DNA from: a virus | DNA length: 38,904 bases | IMG/VR virus record: IMGVR_UViG_3300009509_000054 | Direction: 5' to 3' (one strand) | Shown here: positions 1-6,241 of the stretch, in pieces | Layout of the letters: each line of letters starts with the position of its first letter | How positions within the stretch are numbered: the first letter of the stretch is position 1 | Program-made: the position numbers and the translations under genes | The notes under the pieces: generated by a model | What the model was told of the DNA's origin: nothing | The model's database searches: none | What the model saw: only the letters and a program-made list of their open reading frames with translations

Positions 1-355
1 ACACGTACTTCTTTACTCCGGCTTCATACGCAGAATGAGTACAATGCAAACCAATAAGCATATTATCATAAAACATCTTACCGGGATTGTCTCTATTCAA
101 CCCTATCCCGCCGACAAAAGCGGCCAGGTTAACAACAATATCTGGTTTTGTGTGTGACAACACATTTTTTATACTTTCAGTTTCCCTTAGATCTCTAGCC
201 AATACGTGTACGCCCAATCTATCTCGATGCCAATTCCCTGGCGTGCCTTCAGATTGGCCAACGGCGATGATGTCGCGACCATCATACCCACGCTCCAGCA
301 TCGTTCTAATTAGGGCTGTGCCCAGAAAACCTGTGCCGCCAAATATAACGATCAT
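1..355 (-). CDS. NAD-dependent sugar epimerase/reductase, GDP-L-fucose synthase (GMER)-like; partial, C-terminus runs off the window start
   Basis: The reverse translation from the ATG at 355-353 gives MIVIFGGTGFLGTALIRTML..., a Rossmann GxxGxxG motif. The later stretch VVNLAAFVGGIGLNRDNPGKMFYDNMLIGLHCTHSAYEAGVKK closely resembles the Fcl/WcaG core AAxVGGIxANxxxPAxFxYxNMMIxxNxIHAA. GGAGA lies 8 nt upstream of the ATG. The start overlaps the stop of the next gene as ATGA. Confidence 0.75.
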   Translation of the reverse strand, partial: MIVIFGGTGFLGTALIRTMLERGYDGRDIIAVGQSEGTPGNWHRDRLGVHVLARDLRETESIKNVLSHTKPDIVVNLAAFVGGIGLNRDNPGKMFYDNMLIGLHCTHSAYEAGVKKYV

Positions 356-1275
356 CGTACAGTCTCCAAGATCAGGTTTTTGACTGTTTCGATGGCGGGA
401 TTATTGAGAGAAATACTTGGCGCGTATCCGCACCCTTTCATACTAACGCTATTGGCTATGCCCAACTCGATAATCCTGGGCTGCGGGTTAGCTGCAGCTG
501 CTAGCATTGTGATGCCAGATCCCACCCCAACCACAGCTTTTGCCTTGCTGCATATAGCCGTAGATTGTCGCCACGTTATGCCGCGACAATCTATCGTCCC
601 CTGTATTAGCCCTTCGTGCGCTGCTGCGATGCTGACACATTTTATGCCATGGGTTCCAAGTTGACTGGCTAATTGGCTAAAATGGTTAGCTTGCCAGACT
701 GGCGGCTTTGAATAGCTATGATATTCGAAGACAACCACATTCCTAGCGTGTTTTTCTAGTATTCTATTGGCAAATGCCACATCATCTGGTGCCAATTTAG
801 CTTCAAGGGCTCTCCCGCCTAGCGGCTTTAGATCCCTAATGCCAGCATTGTGTAGGTATTGATCGGCAATTGTCTCGTAGCACCATTTGTTTTGTGGATA
901 TAGTTCACCAAATGGAAATATCGACGCAACGATTTTGATATCGATGCCTTTAGCGTTTTGGATTAGCGGCCACAATGCAAGTCGTTGCTGCGGGCTCGCA
1001 TTGTGGTCCGCTAAAAACAACCCATTAATGTGCGGGTTGTGCTCGTGAATGTTGTGATACCATTGGCCGACTACGAAAGCAATGGCAGCACCAGGATATT
1101 TCAAGCGATAGTGCCTGATCACTGGTGTGAGGTGCAGCGTATCGCCAAGATTCCGTATCTGTTTGATTAGAATTTTTGGCGATCCGTGATGCCTCTTCAG
1201 AAATGCAATCGCCTCTCCAACGGCTCTCCTACTTGCTTCCATATTTCTGTCGCTACTTTTTCTTCCTCTCTTCAA
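352..1275 (-). CDS. Glycosyltransferase family 9 (LPS heptosyltransferase-like)
   Basis: The N-terminus KILIKQIRNLGDTLHLTPVIRHYRLKYPGAAIAFVV matches the GT9 signature (ILIIRxxxxGDxxxxxPxxxxLxxxYPxAxI). The C-terminal GSGITMLAAAANPQPRIIELG resembles the GT9 GNDSGPMHLAA region. The annotated start at 1275 is a TTG; an in-frame ATG lies 11 codons downstream. Confidence 0.7.
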   Translation of the reverse strand: MKRGRKSSDRNMEASRRAVGEAIAFLKRHHGSPKILIKQIRNLGDTLHLTPVIRHYRLKYPGAAIAFVVGQWYHNIHEHNPHINGLFLADHNASPQQRLALWPLIQNAKGIDIKIVASIFPFGELYPQNKWCYETIADQYLHNAGIRDLKPLGGRALEAKLAPDDVAFANRILEKHARNVVVFEYHSYSKPPVWQANHFSQLASQLGTHGIKCVSIAAAHEGLIQGTIDCRGITWRQSTAICSKAKAVVGVGSGITMLAAAANPQPRIIELGIANSVSMKGCGYAPSISLNNPAIETVKNLILETVR

Positions 1276-1447
1276 GCAGGTCCTTCCTTATTTCGCTTGC
1301 CAGCTCGCGGATCCTCAGCATCTTCTTTCTAACCCTTGTGCCAGCCAGTTTCCCGCCACCGATGGCCTTGACATAATCGTCGCAAATCTCCTCGATTATG
1401 CCCTGCATCTCCCCGAGCTTAGTTCCCTGGATCTTTTCCTTTTCCAT
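1253..1447 (-). CDS. Small hypothetical protein (about 64 aa), start placed at the internal Met
   Basis: The ORF 1253-1510 contains MEKEKIQGTKLGEMQGIIEE... preceded by a strong SD: AGGAGGGTGG, a 3-nt spacer, then ATG at 1447. The composition is charged and Lys-rich and looks coding. Confidence 0.4.
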   Translation of the reverse strand: MEKEKIQGTKLGEMQGIIEEICDDYVKAIGGGKLAGTRVRKKMLRIRELASEIRKDLLEERKKK

Positions 1448-2114
1448 TTGCCACCCTCCTATTCCATTCTTCTTTGGTGTATAACTTGGCAGGATTGCCG
1501 ATAGCCACATGGGTGTCTGGAACGTCCTTTGTGACTACAGCACCCATCCCTACGACAACGTTGTGTCCAATGTCTAACTTTTCACGTATCTGTGCACCAG
1601 AACCAATATACGTGCCTTCCCCTATCCTAACCCACCCACCAATTGAGGCATTGGGTGACACCACAGCCAACGACCCTATTATTGCATCATGGCCTACGGT
1701 AGAATTGTAATTGATAAGCACATGTTCGCTAACTATCGAATGGGGCGATACTACTGCGCCAGGAGCAATTACGGAACCAATACCAACAGTCGCTAATGGG
1801 GATACAATAGAACGCGGGTGTATTAGTTTATAAAAATGCCCTACTACTTGCTTCAACATTTTGATTTTTATTTCTGGCTTCCCTGACCCAAGAATGGTGA
1901 CTGCCGATCTATCTAAGTTAACCTCCTCGTGATACTTGTTGATACCAATTGCATCAGAAGAATTGTCATCAACAAACACAATATTGTCTTGCGGAACATG
2001 CAATTCCCGGATGTAAGCTTTAATCTCTCTAGCGAATCCAGATGATCCCATGATATAATACTTGCGCTGAATTAGACTTCCTCCGGGCAACGCATTTGTC
2101 GGCTGTTCTGTCAT
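1419..2114 (-). CDS. Sugar N-acetyltransferase, NeuD/PglD/PseH-like left-handed beta-helix (hexapeptide repeat) family
   Basis: The N-terminal Rossmann-like YYIMGSSGFAREI is followed by a C-terminal run of hexapeptide repeats (VGHDAIIGSLAVVSPNASIGGWVRIGEGTYIGSGAQI...GHNVVVGMGAVV). This is the typical NeuD-family layout. Confidence 0.8.
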   Translation of the reverse strand: MTEQPTNALPGGSLIQRKYYIMGSSGFAREIKAYIRELHVPQDNIVFVDDNSSDAIGINKYHEEVNLDRSAVTILGSGKPEIKIKMLKQVVGHFYKLIHPRSIVSPLATVGIGSVIAPGAVVSPHSIVSEHVLINYNSTVGHDAIIGSLAVVSPNASIGGWVRIGEGTYIGSGAQIREKLDIGHNVVVGMGAVVTKDVPDTHVAIGNPAKLYTKEEWNRRVANGKGKDPGN

Positions 2115-2119
2115 TGTGA

Positions 2120-2148
2120 GTCTATCTACGTTCGAGCCAAACGTAGAT
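2120..2148. promoter_or_regulatory. Perfect 11-bp inverted repeat (CTATCTACGTT / AACGTAGATAG) with a 7-nt loop, in the divergent intergenic region
   Basis: Seen directly: arms at 2120-2130 and 2138-2148. It lies between the divergently oriented acetyltransferase start (2114, minus) and the plus-strand ORF start (2166). It could be an operator-like site or a 5' RNA hairpin. Confidence 0.3.
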
Positions 2149-2165
2149 AGTGATAAATTGGAGAT

Positions 2166-2516
2166 ATGCGAATGCTGTTATATGACCGCATCCTAAGCCA
2201 ATTAAAACCAGACGATTTAAGTCTTCTCAAAAATGAAAATTTGTGCCCGTTGGATCTATTAGAAGAAAACAATCCAACAGACTCGGATACTATCGGATGC
2301 CTGATAAGTAAATTAAGCTGTGTAACTATCCAAATGTGGAATAACCAAGATATTTTATATAGGGTACGATTCATGAGTGCAGAAGAATTTGATAAGATAT
2401 ACTGCAACAACTTGGCTGAACTACACGCGCTTATCAAAAGAGCGTGCGACCTTAATGTCCAGAGAGCGGTGTTGATGGATGCAATAGACAAAAAAGCCCT
2501 AGAAATGAGGCCATAG
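2166..2516 (+). CDS. Hypothetical protein (116 aa) in a reverse-oriented small cassette
   Basis: The plus-strand ORF has protein-like composition and sits between two minus-strand genes. The antisense minus ORF 2126-2572 is low-complexity S/L/R-rich and looks spurious. Confidence 0.4.
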   Translation: MRMLLYDRILSQLKPDDLSLLKNENLCPLDLLEENNPTDSDTIGCLISKLSCVTIQMWNNQDILYRVRFMSAEEFDKIYCNNLAELHALIKRACDLNVQRAVLMDAIDKKALEMRP

Positions 2517-2725
2517 TGGACACACCCGGCAATATCATAGACAAATTGATGACCGTCAATCTTAAGATCCATTACAACCTGCGAAGTGCTAACTACGGAA
2601 AACTCATAAATCTGAATTCACAACGAATTAGCCTTGAGAACGAAATAGATATTCTGATCAACCAAATCGCGAATGGAGCGATTCGAAAAGACGACATAAG
2701 CAGACCGCAGCACAAAACATATTAA
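2516..2725 (+). CDS. Hypothetical protein (69 aa); GTG start overlapping the stop of the preceding ORF. It may be the C-terminal part of the preceding ORF, joined through a -1 shift.
   Basis: The frame of this ORF is already open from 2456. An A6 run at 2490-2495 lies in the 59-nt two-frame overlap. Confidence 0.3.
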   Translation: MDTPGNIIDKLMTVNLKIHYNLRSANYGKLINLNSQRISLENEIDILINQIANGAIRKDDISRPQHKTY

Positions 2726-3057
2726 AATCCACGTCTTCTCAAATCATCGTTGAGTAATTTTAGAAAATTCTCAATTATCGAAAAGTCTCTAGTTGAAACT
2801 GCCGTGTACACCACAGAATTATCCTTCGCTGCTATTTCAAATTTTCTAAGCATTCTATCTAGTATTAACTCACCATCTAAATCAGGATTGAGAGGAGATG
2901 TGAACGACACCCATATCTTGATGTCAAAATCATCGATTTTGGTTACCCTGAATCCAGCGTTCTCGACCACATCGGCTAAGTGATCGAGGGCTACTCTGCT
3001 GGCTCTATATTCAATGTCAAATAGGTCTACTATTATTGGTTCTGGCAGTGGCATCAA
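2722..3057 (-). CDS. Hypothetical protein (111 aa)
   Basis: The ORF has a balanced acidic composition and overlaps the aminotransferase 3' end by 41 nt. No recognisable motif. Confidence 0.45.
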   Translation of the reverse strand: MMPLPEPIIVDLFDIEYRASRVALDHLADVVENAGFRVTKIDDFDIKIWVSFTSPLNPDLDGELILDRMLRKFEIAAKDNSVVYTAVSTRDFSIIENFLKLLNDDLRRRGF

Positions 3058-4132
3058 GCGCTCTTTTGATCTCGCTGCAAACGAAATTTATGTCCGAATT
3101 GCTAAGCAATGGCGACGACGGCAACATTAAACACCGCTCGGATAGCTCTTTAGATACTGGGGCAAACCTCCTATCCCTAAATGGAGGCATCTCGTTCAGC
3201 GGGTAGAACATTGGCCTTGTTTCTACGCCAGCCTCACTCAATGCCGCCGCAAGACTATCCGCTGGCATCTCAGTTTTTACTGTAATCATCCAGTTGCCGT
3301 GTATATGCCCTTCTAGCACTTTTTGCATTTTTATCCTGTTGTCGTTGGCTATGTGCTTGCTGTATTGCTCTGCGACTCTTGCTTTCTCTGCCAGAATTTC
3401 GTCTTTCCTGCAAAGCTGGGCGCACAAAATGGCAGCTTGAATATTCGTCATTCTATAATTATAGCCAATATCAAGATGCCAATATCTTCTATCAAAACTT
3501 TGTGCTTGCCCACGAAGCATCTTGGCATTGGTGGCTAGATCTTTACTTGTTGAAATAACGGCTCCTCCCTCGCCTGACGTAAATGTTTTATTTCCATAAA
3601 ACGAAAGCGCTGACAATCTGCCAAATGTGCCCGTCAGTTTACCATTGATTGTGGCTCCAATGCTCTCGCAAGCATCTTCAATTATAACAAACCCATATGC
3701 TTTGGATAAAGCATCCAATCGGTGCATATCAACGGGGTTTCCCAATAAATGAACCGGAATTACAAAATCAATCTCAGTAGCCTGGCATATTTTCTCTACT
3801 ATGTTGAGATCCATATTCCAAGTATCAGGATCTGAATCTACGAATTCAATTTGCGCCCCACAATAAGAAGGCGCAAATGCGGTGGCTGCATAAGTAGTTG
3901 AAGGAAGCAATACTTTAGCCCCAGGACGCATACCTGCCGCAAGACAGCACAAATGCAGAGCAGTGGTGCCATTGTTTGAGACAACCACGTGCGCGCCATA
4001 GAACTCTGATAAAGCTTCTTCGGCTTGCGCTATGAATTTGCCATTAGATGATATCCATGTAGAATCAATTGCTGACTTTGCATAGTCTTTTTCCAGATTG
4101 GTCAGCCATGGTTCATAAATTGGTATCTTCAC
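3017..4132 (-). CDS. PLP-dependent sugar aminotransferase, DegT/DnrJ/EryC1/StrS family
   Basis: The family PLP-lysine motif SALSFYGNKTFTSGEGG is present (compare SFHxxKxxxxGEGG). The length is about 370 aa, with an N-terminal IxxAL and a DACESIGA-type motif (IIEDACESIGA). Confidence 0.9.
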   Translation of the reverse strand: MKIPIYEPWLTNLEKDYAKSAIDSTWISSNGKFIAQAEEALSEFYGAHVVVSNNGTTALHLCCLAAGMRPGAKVLLPSTTYAATAFAPSYCGAQIEFVDSDPDTWNMDLNIVEKICQATEIDFVIPVHLLGNPVDMHRLDALSKAYGFVIIEDACESIGATINGKLTGTFGRLSALSFYGNKTFTSGEGGAVISTSKDLATNAKMLRGQAQSFDRRYWHLDIGYNYRMTNIQAAILCAQLCRKDEILAEKARVAEQYSKHIANDNRIKMQKVLEGHIHGNWMITVKTEMPADSLAAALSEAGVETRPMFYPLNEMPPFRDRRFAPVSKELSERCLMLPSSPLLSNSDINFVCSEIKRALDATARTNNSRPI

Positions 4133-4464
4133 TTCTCAGCCTTCTTATTCTCACCGCCCAGAATGACTTGTTCACCCTTTTTCTCTTTTTCCTTGGACTT
4201 TTTGGATTGTGTTCCCATACCAGGAGACATTACACGGTATTGTACACCACCAGCATCAGCAATATCCCCAGTGCTTGTCACATCTTCTGGTAGCAGTATT
4301 CTACTGCGCCTTGCTGACTGATGTGCCTGTACGCCATCTTCACCAGATAGTGTTACCATTCTATAGGTCGTTGGGCCTTCCTTAATCGCCCCACGCCACA
4401 CGTATTGGATGAAATCATACCCGAATGAATCCTCGTTGATTCCTTTGACTGCGAAGTATTCCAT
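4129..4464 (-). CDS. Hypothetical protein with a Lys-rich C-terminus
   Basis: The ORF has GAGGTG 5 nt upstream of the ATG and an ATGA overlap with the aminotransferase start. Confidence 0.45.
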   Translation of the reverse strand: MEYFAVKGINEDSFGYDFIQYVWRGAIKEGPTTYRMVTLSGEDGVQAHQSARRSRILLPEDVTSTGDIADAGGVQYRVMSPGMGTQSKKSKEKEKKGEQVILGGENKKAEK

Positions 4465-4502
4465 CTTGCACCTCAGATATGGCCTATGATAGGTTTGAGC
4501 GG

Positions 4503-5594
4503 CTATATAACTTGCTTCTCAGCCTCCGAAGGCGCAATAAATGCTAAGCGCGGCAATAATATTTTCCACTCTTTCGGTTGATCGAAGCAGAATATAATAT
4601 CCTTAAGCCTTTCACCCAACATCGTAATCAGCCGATTAATTCTACCAATACTATCCTCTGTTATTTCTTCAATTATAGCATCGAAGACGTATACCCTTTC
4701 AAATCTCATCGTGGAAAACATATTCAACAATTGTTCAAGAGTAAGCGGCTTCATCATTTTGAATCTATCTGAATTTGATTGAGGAATCCTAGTGATTGCG
4801 CCGTTCTCTATGGTTTCCTTAATGATAATCCACTCATTGGCTTTAGTCAGGCTTACACTTATCCATGGTTCATTGTGGTCAAACGCTTTGCCGTTCAGCG
4901 TGTCTTCTAGAGCGACAATATAAGAATTTCTATTCAGTAATACGGTTGATAGCTCCTTTGCTCTAGCGGCAATAGCAACAGAAGAGCCCTCGATTTCAGA
5001 GCCAATTTTGGCGAAGTCTGGATCAGATCTATAAACAATCCCATTCCATTTATTAATAATAAAATCAGTGAACGGACTAATATCAGGGACAACAGGTATG
5101 GCTCCAGATGCCATTAGTCTAAACATGGGCCTAAGCGAAATATCTTTATTCCCTGCGACTTTGCCAAATGGTGGTTTTTCATACTGCTTGATGCCCGTAG
5201 CATCTACCCAAGGCGCTATTTTATAAACAGGCCTGTTTATGTTTATCGCCTTAAGATAATTCGCGGCCCTATATGCGGTTCGGTGTCCAAAAGCAATAAA
5301 GCAATCATATAGATTGCCAGTAACGGCGATACCAGGATGCAAGTCGTCATTTATGAAACACACTATTCTGTTATCATCATGTATCGATTTTATTTCGTCA
5401 GATAACAAGTGTCTGAAAGCCAGTATGGTGAAACCACGAGCCTTAATTGGTGGCATTATTTTGGGGTTCTTTATATAATCTATCTCACCATCAGCTATCG
5501 ACGGCTCAATGAAGCCATCTAGTAGGCGATAATAATCTAGCGCCTGGTAATAAAATTCGCTCTTATCTGGTTTGGCGAGAATTAAGTAATTCAT
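4503..5594 (-). CDS. Hypothetical protein (363 aa), possibly glycan-related by context
   Basis: A long ORF with an ATGA overlap to the upstream gene. I do not recognise a family. Confidence 0.55.
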   Translation of the reverse strand: MNYLILAKPDKSEFYYQALDYYRLLDGFIEPSIADGEIDYIKNPKIMPPIKARGFTILAFRHLLSDEIKSIHDDNRIVCFINDDLHPGIAVTGNLYDCFIAFGHRTAYRAANYLKAININRPVYKIAPWVDATGIKQYEKPPFGKVAGNKDISLRPMFRLMASGAIPVVPDISPFTDFIINKWNGIVYRSDPDFAKIGSEIEGSSVAIAARAKELSTVLLNRNSYIVALEDTLNGKAFDHNEPWISVSLTKANEWIIIKETIENGAITRIPQSNSDRFKMMKPLTLEQLLNMFSTMRFERVYVFDAIIEEITEDSIGRINRLITMLGERLKDIIFCFDQPKEWKILLPRLAFIAPSEAEKQVI

Positions 5595-6205
5595 TTTTGA
5601 GCCATCTTCTTCCTGAATTGCTGTATTTCTTTGGCGCTGTCTGGTATCTGACTAACGATGTCAGAATATTTCTTTTGCAGGTACTCTATATAGGCTGTGT
5701 CACCTATCACGATATAATCAATAGGCACCTTGTCTATTAGAAATTCTTTGACTTTTTTAAGTAATCTATTGGTGTCATTGTCCACCAAGATCAATTTGTG
5801 TGGAAATGTCAGAACACTCGGCTTGTATGTCTTGAAGACGCCATGCCTATTCATGCCGCTTGGTGGTATCAGCTTTTGTTTTGGTCGTACGCGTTGTGCT
5901 TTGGGGGGAGGTTGATCGTCAAATTCAATTATATAAGGGAATCTCTTTCTTATAAAATCTTCAAAAGTATTCCCAAGTCCTTTTGAGTATAAATCGCGGT
6001 AGATCTGCAGCATCTTATCTTTTGCGTCTTTGCATCCGGTATTGGCTTTTAAGAAAGCCTGAAGATTTTTCAGGATATCCGGCGCTACCTCTCCTAGGAA
6101 TGTATGCCAATCTTGGTTTCTCGACAGACCACAGAAATTGCTAATTCGGAGCCGCATATGATTATTTATCTCCAGAAATGCTGCCAAAGGCATTGTATTT
6201 GACAT
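5591..6205 (-). CDS. Hypothetical protein (204 aa)
   Basis: An ORF in the same transcription direction as the module; it is the first gene of the leftward unit, divergent from the MVP gene. Confidence 0.5.
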   Translation of the reverse strand: MSNTMPLAAFLEINNHMRLRISNFCGLSRNQDWHTFLGEVAPDILKNLQAFLKANTGCKDAKDKMLQIYRDLYSKGLGNTFEDFIRKRFPYIIEFDDQPPPKAQRVRPKQKLIPPSGMNRHGVFKTYKPSVLTFPHKLILVDNDTNRLLKKVKEFLIDKVPIDYIVIGDTAYIEYLQKKYSDIVSQIPDSAKEIQQFRKKMAQK

Positions 6206-6241
6206 TTACCGCCCGATGTCAAGCAGTTAGGAGAATGCTAC

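Noticed and set aside
87-664. Plus-strand ORFs 87-383 and 380-664.
   Set aside because: They are antisense to well-supported minus-strand CDSs (the GMER-like reductase and GT9) whose motifs are clearly recognisable.
2126-2572. A 148-aa minus-strand ORF overlapping the plus-strand cassette.
   Set aside because: It has low-complexity S/L/R-rich composition and no SD. The plus-strand ORFs look more protein-like. This call is not certain.
6199-6221. TTGACAT...ATGTCAA inverted repeat upstream of the MVP gene that looked like a -35 box or operator.
   Set aside because: The first arm is simply the start codon region (ATGTCAAAT = MSN) of minus gene 5591-6205. No credible -10 lies at proper spacing. 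It is probably a coincidence.
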